This document shows, piece by piece, positions 1 through 8,750 of a stretch of 34,523 nucleotides of DNA. The notes under the pieces were generated by a model. That model did no database searches. It saw only the letters and a program-made list of their open reading frames with translations, and was not told the DNA's origin. Origin of the DNA: Planctomycetia bacterium (GTDB lineage Bacteria > Planctomycetota > Planctomycetia > Pirellulales > UBA1268); the NCBI GenBank assembly GCA_046339335.1, contig JBKDUV010000205.1, positions 1 through 34,523 of the forward strand. The letters run 5' to 3'. The position numbers and the translations under genes are program-made. The first letter of the stretch is position 1; each line of letters opens with the position of its first letter.

Positions 1-119
1 CTCCATGGCTTTCAGCCTGCGCGTTTCCGCGTCTTTTCGTTTTCCGCTGTATGGCATGCATGGGGTATCGGCCACCCGGCCCATCGGCCATGAATCTTTT
101 TTTCAAGCGTCAATAAAGA

Positions 120-150
120 CACACAAACGCGATCCATGGACGTTTGTGTG
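120..150. repeat. Perfect 10-bp inverted repeat CACACAAACG-N11-CGTTTGTGTG; possible operator or hairpin
   Basis: Arms at 120-129 and 141-150; spacer contains palindrome TCCATGGA; lies in an AT-richer non-coding stretch. Function is inference. Confidence 0.6.
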
Positions 151-380
151 GTGCGTGCTCAGTAACAGCATACCGACAGGCCATCGCCCCCAGCCTCGTG
201 TCCGACGAGGCCTGCCACCCGTACGGCTTTGACCGCCGACTGGCTGCCCTACCCTCTCCCGTCCTCCCCGTCGGCCCCTCTGGCTACCGGGCATTTTTTC
301 CTTCTACCGGCCTGCTGCGTTGGCGGCCGGTGTCTGTGTTTGTGTCCCTGTGTTTCCCCCTTTCAGGAGATCGAGAACCC

Positions 381-680
381 ATGAGTGACTCTGACCTGTT
401 CGACGCCGTGGCCCTGAAGACCGGCGAGGATTCCCACGAGATTCGGCGTTGGGGCTTCGTGCTGACCGGCCCCGAAGACTCTGGCTCTGATCTGGACCCG
501 GAGTGCCTGCTGGACGTGCTGCTGGTCGATCTCCCGGAAACGGGCACGGTCGACTGGGACGCGGTGCTCGGTGACGGCGGCTTCCGGTCGCCGTTCTATA
601 CCCGTGCGCAGCAGGCCCGCCGGAAGGCCAAGGCCGACATGAGGGCCAGTACCACGAAGCAGGTGGCCCGAGCGGCGTGA
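381..680 (+). CDS. Small hypothetical protein (99 aa), planctomycete-type
   Basis: AGGAGA RBS then ATG 381 inside ORF 144..680; GC-biased third positions from 381 on; 'AVALKTGE..EIRRWGF...VDWD' resembles a small planctomycete family (recollection, unverified). Confidence 0.7.
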   Translation: MSDSDLFDAVALKTGEDSHEIRRWGFVLTGPEDSGSDLDPECLLDVLLVDLPETGTVDWDAVLGDGGFRSPFYTRAQQARRKAKADMRASTTKQVARAA

Positions 681-919
681 CCTGCTGACCGTCTCGAAGA
701 TTCCCCGCGACCCGCCGCAACCCGGACCGCATGCTCACGACCTCCGGAAAGCGGAACCGGCCCGCATCCACACCGTCCATCACGCATGCTGCAGCATCCC
801 GGCGGAGGCTCGGGCAGCCTCGATGGCGATGCAGCGACGCATCGCGTACAACACTCTGATCGACCCGCGGGCGTGGCGGAGGCCACCGCGACTGCAAACG
901 CATTGAAGGGAACCAGTTC

Positions 920-1270
920 ATGGACGAGTTCGTCGAACCGCTGGGCATGCGGGTGCTGATTCGCAAGGACGAGAGCCGGCAGAAGACCAGGGGAGGGATC
1001 GTGCTTCCGGACCAGGCGGAGATCCCCACGATCACCGGCCGCGTCGTCGAGGTCAGCCTGCAGGTGGAGCGTGACGCCGACTTCCCGATCGAGAAGTACG
1101 ACAAGGTGCTGTTCCACCCGAAGAACTCGATCCCGGTCGACTTCGAGCAGGACAACCTGCTGTATGTCGTGCCGATCGAGGACGTCGTGGCGGTGTTCCG
1201 CCGCCACGACTCGGGCAAGCCCCGTCGGCGCGGGAAGACCGATCCCGAAGACCAGTCCCCGCCGAACTGA
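920..1270 (+). CDS. groES: GroES/Cpn10-family co-chaperonin (no adjacent groEL)
   Basis: EPLGMRVLI, mobile loop KTRGGIVLPD, GRVVEV, DKVLF, EDVVAV motifs; GAAGGG upstream. Confidence 0.85.
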   Translation: MDEFVEPLGMRVLIRKDESRQKTRGGIVLPDQAEIPTITGRVVEVSLQVERDADFPIEKYDKVLFHPKNSIPVDFEQDNLLYVVPIEDVVAVFRRHDSGKPRRRGKTDPEDQSPPN

Positions 1271-1362
1271 TACGTCTCACCCATGATCCTCGCGCAGCAA
1301 GCCCCGGGCAGGAATCGTCTCGTCCGGCGTGTCGTCGGGCCAGCGTCGGGCCTGGGTGCCAC

Positions 1363-2268
1363 TCACCCTGGCCGGACGCGGGCCTGAAGCACCCGTGGCA
1401 GGCCGGCCATGTCGCGGAGCGTCGGCCCGGCCTCGAGGGCCGGCTCGGCAGCGACGACAGCCTCGGCGGCCGCCACGACGTTCGGCCCGATCTCCACCAG
1501 GAGCCAGCCGCCCGGCACGAGGACGCGGGGCGTCGCCGCCACGAGGCGTTCGATGACCTCCACGCCCGTCGGCCCGGCCACGAGCGCGGTCCGCGGCTCG
1601 TGCAGACGCACATCCGGAGGCAACGCCGCGAACTCGTCCTCGCGGACATAGGGGGGATTGCTGACGATCAGATCGAAGGGGCCGGACGCGGCCGGGGCGG
1701 CCAGCAGGTCGCAGAGCACGAACGCGATCCGCTCGGCCACGCCGTGCCGGGCCGCATTCGCGCGGGCCACCTCCAGCGCCGAGGGGGAGATGTCGGTCGC
1801 GACGAACGTGGCCGCCGGCAGGCGACGGGCGAGCGTGACGACGATCGCGCCCGACCCGGTGCCGACGTCGAGGATCCGCGGCGCCGCGGTGCCTGCGGAC
1901 AGATCGAGGGCCCGGACCACCAGGCCTTCCGTCTCGGGCCGCGGCACGAGCACGTCCTTCGAGACCGCGAACGGCAGCGAGAAAAACTCCCGGTTCCCGA
2001 CGAGATACGCCACGGGCTCACCGCCGCCGCGTCGCTTCACGAGCGCGCGGAACCGGTCGCGCTCGTCGTCCGACACCGGCACGTCGAAGGCCGTGTAGAG
2101 GGCGATCCGCGGGCAGCCGCGGACGTGCGCCAGGAGCACCTCCGCGTCGAGCCGTGGTGACTCCGCCCCACGGGCGGCGAGCCACTCGGTCGTCCAGGCG
2201 AGCAGCCTGCCGACGGTCCAGGGCTGCTGATTGCCGCCTTCGGCGGCGGTCGATTCCTGGTCGCTCAA
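1363..2268 (-). CDS. prmC: Release factor glutamine N5-methyltransferase
   Basis: RLDAEVLLAHV, GEPVAYLVG, VLVPRPETE, LDVGTGSG SAM motif, SNPPY; GGAGA RBS before TTG; directly downstream of prfA. Confidence 0.96.
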   Translation of the reverse strand: MSDQESTAAEGGNQQPWTVGRLLAWTTEWLAARGAESPRLDAEVLLAHVRGCPRIALYTAFDVPVSDDERDRFRALVKRRGGGEPVAYLVGNREFFSLPFAVSKDVLVPRPETEGLVVRALDLSAGTAAPRILDVGTGSGAIVVTLARRLPAATFVATDISPSALEVARANAARHGVAERIAFVLCDLLAAPAASGPFDLIVSNPPYVREDEFAALPPDVRLHEPRTALVAGPTGVEVIERLVAATPRVLVPGGWLLVEIGPNVVAAAEAVVAAEPALEAGPTLRDMAGLPRVLQARVRPG

Positions 2269-2304
2269 CGAACGTTCTCCTGGAGAGCCAAGGCGGGGCG
2301 GGCG

Positions 2305-3417
2305 TCAGCCGGCTGGGGCACCGGCGGCGGACCGCTCCATCTCCGACCGGCGTTCGCGACGGGCATGCTCCTCGAGCGCGTCGATGACCAGCCCCAGCCG
2401 TCCGGCCATCACCTGGTCGAGGGTGAAGCTTTCATTGATGCGATGGTCGGTGACGCGGTTCTGCGGGTAGTTGTAGGTGCGGATCCTTTGGCTGCGGTCT
2501 CCCGAGCCGACGAGCGTCTTTCGCTCGGCCGACCGCTTGTCATGCTCGATCTGCCGGCGGTGCTCATAAAGCCGCGTCTTCAACACGCGAAGCGCCTTGG
2601 CCAGGTTCTTGTGCTGGCTCTTTTCGTCCTGGCACTGGACGACGATCCCCGTCTCGAGGTGCGTGAGCCGCACCGCCGAGGCCGTCTTGTTGACGTGCTG
2701 CCCGCCCGGGCCGCTGGCGCAGAACAGGTCCTTGCGATATTCGTCAGGGGCGATCGAAACCTCCACGTCCTCCGGCTCCGGCAGCACCGCGACCGTGGCA
2801 GCCGACGTGTGGATGCGGCCCTTCGTCTCCGTGTCCGGAACCCGTTGCACGCGATGGCCGCCGCTCTCGTGCCGCAGCCGGCGGTAGACGGCGTCCCCCG
2901 AAACGCCGAGCACGAGATCCTTGAAGCCACCGAGTTCGGTGGGGCTGGCATCGAGCACCTCGAAATCCCAGCCGAGCTCGGCGCCGGCCCGACGGTACAT
3001 CTCGTAGAGGTCCCGTACGAAGAGCGCCGCCTCGTCTCCGCCGGTGCCGGCCCGCAGTTCCATGATGCAGCGGGTGCGATCGGCATCGGCATCGGCGGAA
3101 CAGAGGTCGAGGAGGGCGTCCCACTCGGCCTCGCGGCGGCGTTCCAGATCGGGAAGTTCGGCCTCGGCCAGATCCCGCAGGTCGCGGTCGGCGCCGGCCA
3201 CAAGCCCGCGGAGGTCGGCGATCTGCCGCTCGAGGGCGACGAAATGCCGGTACTTCAGTGCCAGCTTGGCCAGGGTGCCGTGCTCGCGGGCCGCCGTCGA
3301 GAGCCGCTGCGGATCGGAGAGCAGAACTGGGTCGACGAGCGCCCGCTCCAGCTCTTCAAACCGTGCGAGCCGCTCGCCCAGCAGTTCGCGGACCCCGCCG
3401 GCCGGGTGTTCGCCCAT
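2305..3417 (-). CDS. prfA: Peptide chain release factor 1
   Basis: [23 protein letters not shown] (PxT motif of RF1), [32 protein letters not shown]. Confidence 0.98.
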   Translation of the reverse strand: MGEHPAGGVRELLGERLARFEELERALVDPVLLSDPQRLSTAAREHGTLAKLALKYRHFVALERQIADLRGLVAGADRDLRDLAEAELPDLERRREAEWDALLDLCSADADADRTRCIMELRAGTGGDEAALFVRDLYEMYRRAGAELGWDFEVLDASPTELGGFKDLVLGVSGDAVYRRLRHESGGHRVQRVPDTETKGRIHTSAATVAVLPEPEDVEVSIAPDEYRKDLFCASGPGGQHVNKTASAVRLTHLETGIVVQCQDEKSQHKNLAKALRVLKTRLYEHRRQIEHDKRSAERKTLVGSGDRSQRIRTYNYPQNRVTDHRINESFTLDQVMAGRLGLVIDALEEHARRERRSEMERSAAGAPAG

Positions 3418-3420
3418 GGA

Positions 3421-3681
3421 TCAGGAGGCGGACGGCTCTGCCGTCGCGGCCCCCGCCTTTTTCTTCTTCAGGCTGGCGTAGCCGGCCCCGGCGAACTTGC
3501 TCTTGAACTTCTCGATCCGCCCGGCAGTATCGACGAACTTCAACTTCCCGGTGAAGAAGGGGTGGCAGAGGTTGCAGATGTCCACCTTGATCTCGGGCAC
3601 GGTGCTCCGCGTGGCAAAGGTGTTGCCGCAGCCGCAGCGCACGACCGTGTCGATGTAGCGGGGATGAATGTCGTCCTTCAT
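3421..3681 (-). CDS. rpmE: 50S ribosomal protein bL31 (Zn-binding type, Lys-rich C-terminal extension)
   Basis: MKDDIHPRY...CGCGN...[12 protein letters not shown]...DTAGRIEKF; start re-set to ATG 3681; classic rpmE-prfA-prmC order. Confidence 0.97.
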   Translation of the reverse strand: MKDDIHPRYIDTVVRCGCGNTFATRSTVPEIKVDICNLCHPFFTGKLKFVDTAGRIEKFKSKFAGAGYASLKKKKAGAATAEPSAS

Positions 3682-3906
3682 GGTCCTCGAACCTGCTGGG
3701 AAACTGGCTGGGAGAAACAAAACGTCGATCGGGAACACAACCGAGCCGCTGCGTGCAACCGCCCTCCGGTCATCGCTCCGCGGATTCCCGAGGATACACG
3801 GCCGGGCAGCGCAGGACAACGCGAACCGCGGCCGGGGCCGAATTCACCGGGACGCGGCCTCCGGTCGCCGGCCCGGAGCACCGCGGAACGCCGCAACCGC
3901 TCGTCG

Positions 3907-5544
3907 TCAGGGCCGCTCGGCGTTCGCCTGCAGCCGGCTGCCGAACCGCTGGGGCGACTCGTCCGCGCGGAGATACTGCGTCGCCTCCTTGATTTTCCCG
4001 AGACCGATCAGGGCCGCGGCGAGATTGACGCGGGCGGCATCCGTCCACCGTCCCTGCGGATGCTCGCCAAGGGTCACGCGCTGCAAAAAATCGACCGCGG
4101 ACCGATCCTCGCCGGCTGCCAGCGAGAGAATGCCGAGCCAGTAGCCCGCGTCCTCCCGCATCCGTTCCAGGGTCCGCGTCAGGCCGTCACGTGCCTGCGG
4201 GGGCACGGTCGCCACGGCCTCGGCGATCTCCCGCGGACTCGGCCGGGAGGCAAGGTAGGCCTCCCGCGCGCCGGCGATGTCCCCGCGGAACTCGCGGACC
4301 CGCGCGGCGAACAGTGGCCGGAGAAACCGCGGCCCATCCGGCCGCTCCTCGATATCGAAACGCGATTCCTCGCGGTCGGCGCCCGTGCCGACCGGCGGCC
4401 GCCTCGCATATTGCCTGATCACGGACGGCAGCGTCGGGATGTCGAGCGGCGCGAGGTCGGCCTGCACGGCAGACCGCAGGCGGCCCGGATCCGCGCGCCG
4501 GCGCGAAAGCGTCTCGAAGGGAAACTCCCAAAAGCCGCCACGACCCTGAACCGCGCCCGGAATCCCCTCCCGGGCCCGGTCGAGCACCCCGGCCGTGTCG
4601 AGCGTCACCCTCGGCCCGTGGAGGCGATCGAACGCCGCCGCCATGTCGGCGCCGCGGCCGCTGACGAGCCAGTGATCGGCCGCCACGAGTGGCACGAGAC
4701 GAGTGACGTCGGCGGCCTGGACCGGGTACGGTCGGTCCGGCAGGGACAACGCCCGGAGGATGCCCGTGTCCGCGGCTGCCTGCCGGGCCGTGGCGATTCC
4801 GACACCGCCCGGCCCCGGCACCGGCATGCCGTAGGCGGGATCGAAGAGATATGCCTCGCCGTCGATGATGGCAGCCGGCAGCCAGGGCCGCAGGCCGTCG
4901 TCACCGCCGGTCGCGAGCATCACCCCGTCGATGCCGGCCTGACGCAGCAGTTCGAGAAAGATCCAGGCCCGCTGCGGACCGCTCGCCCGGCCGGAGAGCA
5001 GAATCTCGCCGGGCAGCAGCCACCGGCTGCCTGGTGCGTCGGCGGTCGGCACTGCCGGGGGATCGGCAACGCTCGCCAGGGAACGCACGGTCCAATCAAA
5101 GAGTTCCGCGGCCACCGCGACCGCGTCCTCCCCGGCCCGGCGTTCTCGCGCCTGCCGAGCCACGCCGGCAAGCCAACACAGATCGCGCAGGCCCCGGAAG
5201 TCTTCGCTGCCGTGAACGCCTTGTCGAGCCTCGGCGTCGACCCGGAGCCGCTCGGGCAACGCGAACAGAAGCGGATCGGGATGCGGGCCGGCCACGGCCG
5301 GCTGCAGCCGACGCCATTCAGTGATCCGCTCGGACACCTGGCGGGCGGCCTCGTCGTCGAGATACTCGTCGAGCCGCTCGATCACCGCCAACGCGCCGGC
5401 GAGGATCGAATCCCCGGCGGTCTTGTTCGACACCGTCGCGCCGGCGGGCAGGCGCGACTTGGGAACGGCCGCCGGCCGCCCCGAGCAGCCGGCCAGCGAA
5501 ACGGAAACCGTCCAGGTGACCGCCGCGATCGTGGCTGCCCTCAC
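3907..5544 (-). CDS. Predicted lipoprotein with transglutaminase-like segment and C-terminal TPR-like helices
   Basis: Lipobox LAGC after a hydrophobic stretch; '[14 protein letters not shown]...YLFDP' TGase-like pattern; '[14 protein letters not shown]', '[14 protein letters not shown]' TPR-like; GTGA overlap with kdsA stop. Confidence 0.65.
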   Translation of the reverse strand: MRAATIAAVTWTVSVSLAGCSGRPAAVPKSRLPAGATVSNKTAGDSILAGALAVIERLDEYLDDEAARQVSERITEWRRLQPAVAGPHPDPLLFALPERLRVDAEARQGVHGSEDFRGLRDLCWLAGVARQARERRAGEDAVAVAAELFDWTVRSLASVADPPAVPTADAPGSRWLLPGEILLSGRASGPQRAWIFLELLRQAGIDGVMLATGGDDGLRPWLPAAIIDGEAYLFDPAYGMPVPGPGGVGIATARQAAADTGILRALSLPDRPYPVQAADVTRLVPLVAADHWLVSGRGADMAAAFDRLHGPRVTLDTAGVLDRAREGIPGAVQGRGGFWEFPFETLSRRRADPGRLRSAVQADLAPLDIPTLPSVIRQYARRPPVGTGADREESRFDIEERPDGPRFLRPLFAARVREFRGDIAGAREAYLASRPSPREIAEAVATVPPQARDGLTRTLERMREDAGYWLGILSLAAGEDRSAVDFLQRVTLGEHPQGRWTDAARVNLAAALIGLGKIKEATQYLRADESPQRFGSRLQANAERP

Positions 5545-6380
5545 TGCCGCCCTCCGTGGAGTCGCGCCTCGTGGATCAGGAGCACCCGCTCGACCACGGC
5601 CGGCAGGGCATCGAGCGGCACCATGTTCGGCCCGTCACTGGGACTCCGGTCCGGGTCGGGATGCGTCTCGAAAAACAGGCCGTCGATGCCGACGGCGGCC
5701 GCAGCCCGGGCGAGCGGTTCCACCAGGTTTCGATCCCCGCCGGTGGCCTCGCCGAGGCTGGCCGGCTGTTGCACGGAGTGCGTCGCGTCGAAAATCACCG
5801 GCACTCCCAAGCCGCGCATCAACGGCAGGCCGGTGAAATCGTTGACCAGGCGGCCGTAGCCGAAAAAGGTGCCCCGCTCGCAGAGGAGCACGTCGCGGCA
5901 ACCACCGGCAAGAAGTTTCGCCACCACATGTTTCATGTCGCCCGGCGCGACGAACTGCCCCTTCTTGACGTTCACGGCCTTTCCGGTCGCTGCAGCTGCC
6001 AGGAGGAGATCGGTCTGCCTGCAGAGGAACGCCGGCACCTGCAGCATGTCGCAGACGCCACCGGCCGCGGCGGCCTGCTCGGGCAGGTGGACGTCGGTGG
6101 TGACGGGCAACCCGGTGACCGTTCGCACCTTGTCGAGGACCGCGAGTCCGTCGTCGAGTCCCGGCCCGCGAAACGCCGCGCCGCTGGTGCGGTTCGCCTT
6201 GTCGTACGATGCCTTGAACACGACCTGCACGGGCAGCCGCGCGGCGAGCGCGACCAGCCGGTCGGAGATCCGCAGGCAGAGGTCTTCGGTCTCGATGACG
6301 CACGGGCCGGCGATCAGCACCAGCGGCTGGTCAGGGCCGCAGCGATGCGGACCGATGCAGGCGGGGAGGCGGGGATTCAC
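5541..6380 (-). CDS. kdsA: KDO-8-phosphate synthase
   Basis: [61 protein letters not shown]; GAGGT RBS before GTG 6380. Confidence 0.97.
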   Translation of the reverse strand: MNPRLPACIGPHRCGPDQPLVLIAGPCVIETEDLCLRISDRLVALAARLPVQVVFKASYDKANRTSGAAFRGPGLDDGLAVLDKVRTVTGLPVTTDVHLPEQAAAAGGVCDMLQVPAFLCRQTDLLLAAAATGKAVNVKKGQFVAPGDMKHVVAKLLAGGCRDVLLCERGTFFGYGRLVNDFTGLPLMRGLGVPVIFDATHSVQQPASLGEATGGDRNLVEPLARAAAAVGIDGLFFETHPDPDRSPSDGPNMVPLDALPAVVERVLLIHEARLHGGRQ

Positions 6381-6414
6381 GGCACGGACCTCACTGAACA
6401 AAAGGAGGCATGGA

Positions 6415-6453
6415 GGCAGTGTTGGGATGGGGGCAGTATTGGGATGGGGGCAG
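6415..6453 (+). repeat. 17-bp tandem repeat (GGCAGTRTTGGGATGGG x2.3) forming a four-G-tract motif
   Basis: Units 6415-6431, 6432-6448 and partial 6449-6453, one mismatch. Confidence 0.85.
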
Positions 6454-6471
6454 CCGCCCGTCTCGCTGGCA

Positions 6472-6477
6472 ATCATA
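6472..6477 (-). promoter_or_regulatory. Putative -10 box (TATGAT) for kdsA
   Basis: Near-consensus -10 on minus strand ~90 nt upstream of kdsA start; no clear -35. Confidence 0.4.
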
Positions 6478-6784
6478 CCGCGACCCCGAAGCGACCTGCC
6501 GCGCGGCCGTCCGTCGGCTCACTCGTTCACCGCGGAGGCACGCCGTGCAAAATGCAACGCACTGCCGCGAAATCGAGCGCTGCGGACAGACTCTGGCGAC
6601 GGCGAAGTCGCCTCGGCAGGTCCGCGGCCCGCTGCCGCGAGCCGGCGGATTCGATCGGGAAACAGAGAAAAAGCGGCATGGGACGCCGTACCGCACCCCC
6701 TCATGTGTCTGCGGCTCACGAAAAAACCGGGCTGGCACGCGGGATGCTCAGATGTTTGTTGCGGCAGCGCGGCTTTCGCGTTGC

Positions 6785-6907
6785 CCCCACCGATCGACAT
6801 GCAAAGGTGGGGCCTCCGACTTGATTCCGGGCGTGCGGTCGCCTTGCCCCTGACCCGCATTCCCTCAGACAGGATGCTCCTGTCGGGTCAGAGGCCCCAC
6901 TTTTTTT
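6785..6907 (+). ncRNA. Candidate structured RNA / attenuator ending in U7
   Basis: 10-bp closing helix 6807-6816/6891-6900 followed by T7; inner helices 6817-6820/6838-6841, 6851-6857/6884-6890, 6868-6874/6878-6884; alternative helix 6785-6791/6806-6812. Family not recognised. Confidence 0.4.
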
Positions 6908-6973
6908 CTCCTCCTCCGCGGCCCGATCAGTGGCGACGAAGCCCATCGAAAAGACTAGAAAAACAGGGCTCTC

Positions 6974-7003
6974 TTGACGGTCCATGGGGTCCGACGATAG
7001 CCT
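6974..7003 (+). promoter_or_regulatory. Putative sigma-70 promoter of tRNA-Thr locus (TTGACG-N18-TAGCCT)
   Basis: -35 at 6974-6979, -10 at 6998-7003, A-tract upstream (UP-like), ~65 nt before tRNA. Confidence 0.55.
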
Positions 7004-7066
7004 GCGGAGTTCTGGCCTGCTGTCTGGCGGATTCCCCCCGGGACAGTCCGGCCTGACAGCCACCGC

Positions 7067-7140
7067 GCCAGCGTAGCTTCAATTGGCAGAGCACCGCATT
7101 CGTAATGCGGGGGTTGCGGGTTCGACTCCCGCCGCTGGCT
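7067..7140 (+). tRNA. tRNA-Thr(CGT), CCA not encoded
   Basis: Acceptor GCCAGCG/CGCTGGC+T; anticodon arm CCGCA-TTCGTAA-TGCGG; T arm GCGGG-TTCGACT-CCCGC; D arm with GG. Confidence 0.95.
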
Positions 7141-7186
7141 TTCCGGTTCCAGAAACGTCCGTTTGCAGCATCAGGAGAGTCTCTCG

Positions 7187-8521
7187 ATGGCAGCCACCAG
7201 CGCCGCACCGCGGCTGGACATCCGCGAAATGATCACCGGCAACGGCCCCTTCGGCCCGGCGGAAATCCGTCGTCTCGTGGACGGTCTGGGGGCAGATTCC
7301 GGCGTGCACCGGGATCTCCGCGCCGCCGTGCGCGAACTCGAGTCGCAACCCGACCGCAGCCCGGCCGCTGCGGTCAAACTCGGCGTCTGCCAGTTTCTCC
7401 TCGGCCGCAGCAAGGAGGCGTTGGACACGCTCCGGACCGGCGACGGCGGAGCGCTCGCGCTTTTCTACCAGGCGTCGGCGCACGCTGCCCAGCAGGCACA
7501 CGACAAGGCGCGGGAATCGTTCGAGGCGGCCCGCAAGGCCGGCTACGACGCCGCCGCCTGCGCGGCTGGCATCGCCGAGGCGTTCCGGGCCTGTGGCAAG
7601 GCACAGGACGCCCGCCGGGAAATCGAACTTCTCGGTGCACAGGCTGACTCCTCGGCCGCCGCCCTGACCGCCCGCGGGCTGATTGCCTCCGATCTTGGCC
7701 AGCCGGTCGCCGATTCTGTGGCGGCTTTTGAGAAGGCCCTGGCCATCGATCCCGGCCATTCGGAGGCTCTGTTCGCGCTCGGGGTGATCAACGATCGGCT
7801 CGGCAACGACGCAGAAGCCCGCGAATGCTACGAGCGGTCGCTGAAGCGGTATCCGCAGAGTGTCGGCGCCCTCCTCAACCTCGGCATCATGTTCGAGGAT
7901 GGCGATGACTTCACCCACGCCCAGCAGTGCTACCGGCGGATTCTCGAGGTCTATCCGGATCATCCACGGGCCCGGCTGTTTCTCCGGGATTCCTCGGCGT
8001 CCGGCGACCTGCATCTCGACGAGCAGGAGCAGCGGCAGCGGGACCGACTCGACCAGGTGATGCAACTCCCGGTGAGCGATTTCGAACTTTCGGTCCGCAG
8101 TCGCAACTGCCTGCAGAAGATGGGCATCCTGACGCTCGGGGACCTTGCCAGGACGACCGAGGAAGAAATTCTTGCCAGCAAGAACTTCGGCGAGACAAGC
8201 CTCCAGGAAATCAGGGAGATGCTGGCTTCGAAAGGCCTGTCGCTCGGGCAGGCGGTCCGGCCCACGGCCGTCGGGGAGCCTGAGCCGGAGCCGCTGGAGG
8301 CCGAGGCCGTGGATCAGGAGATCAACGCCCTGCCGATCACCGAACTGAATCTGTCGGTCAGGGCGCGGAAGTGCACGACGAAACTCGGCATCAACACCAT
8401 CGGCGACCTCGTTCGGAGGACGGCGGAGGATCTGCTGGAATGCAAGAACTTCGGCGTCACGAGCCTCAACGAAGTCCGGGAAAAACTGGCCGAGCGCGGC
8501 CTCAAGCTCCGCGGAGAGTGA
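7187..8521 (+). CDS. TPR-repeat protein with two tandem RNA polymerase alpha C-terminal domains (not true RpoA)
   Basis: AGGAGA RBS, ATG 7187; TPR motifs (AFEKALAIDPGHSEALFALG, CYERSLKRYP, CYRRILEVYP); two alphaCTD copies LSVRSRNCL..KNFGETSLQEI and LSVRARKC..KNFGVTSLNEV; no alpha N-terminal domain. Confidence 0.9.
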   Translation: MAATSAAPRLDIREMITGNGPFGPAEIRRLVDGLGADSGVHRDLRAAVRELESQPDRSPAAAVKLGVCQFLLGRSKEALDTLRTGDGGALALFYQASAHAAQQAHDKARESFEAARKAGYDAAACAAGIAEAFRACGKAQDARREIELLGAQADSSAAALTARGLIASDLGQPVADSVAAFEKALAIDPGHSEALFALGVINDRLGNDAEARECYERSLKRYPQSVGALLNLGIMFEDGDDFTHAQQCYRRILEVYPDHPRARLFLRDSSASGDLHLDEQEQRQRDRLDQVMQLPVSDFELSVRSRNCLQKMGILTLGDLARTTEEEILASKNFGETSLQEIREMLASKGLSLGQAVRPTAVGEPEPEPLEAEAVDQEINALPITELNLSVRARKCTTKLGINTIGDLVRRTAEDLLECKNFGVTSLNEVREKLAERGLKLRGE

Positions 8522-8750
8522 CGCACGCCCGCATCTGGACCCGGGTCCGGGACCTGCGCGGAACGGCCTGCGATCCGCCCCGGGTGTCGCTCCACGGAAG
8601 CGGCCAGGAAAGGCTTTCCCCCCGTTTCGTAAACCCTTGTCGAGCAACGTGTTCCGACACGACTGCTGGCGTCTCGAATTTGCCGCGAGGCTTTTTCGTC
8701 GGTAGCCTTGCCGGGATAGCAGAGACGCATCTCCCAGGAATTTCACGCGC

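Noticed and set aside
2365-5859. 1164-aa + strand ORF and other long antisense ORFs (7079..8842, 15199..17592, 19908..21779, 24800..26779, 26139..28457)
   Set aside because: Shadow frames opposite well-supported genes; Arg/Pro/Gly-rich with no motifs; expected in high-GC DNA.
6415-6453. CRISPR array
   Set aside because: Only ~2.3 directly abutting units, no spacers, no cas genes.
6807-6900. tRNA-Sec, tmRNA, SRP or 6S identity for the structured element
   Set aside because: No TTCRA T-loop, UCA anticodon, SRP GGAA-loop motif or long 6S-type rod.
6391-7063. Short ORFs in the kdsA-tRNA gap
   Set aside because: No RBS, motif or codon-bias support; region looks regulatory.
7067-7140. tRNA as prophage/ICE attachment site
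   Set aside because: No integrase and no duplicated tRNA 3' end noticed in the window.
7187-8521. Calling this gene rpoA
   Set aside because: No alpha N-terminal assembly domain and no rpsK/rplQ context.
8537-8548. Palindrome GGACCCGGGTCC after the TPR-alphaCTD gene (also hairpin 826-845) as terminators
   Set aside because: No U-tract; short GC palindromes are common at this composition.
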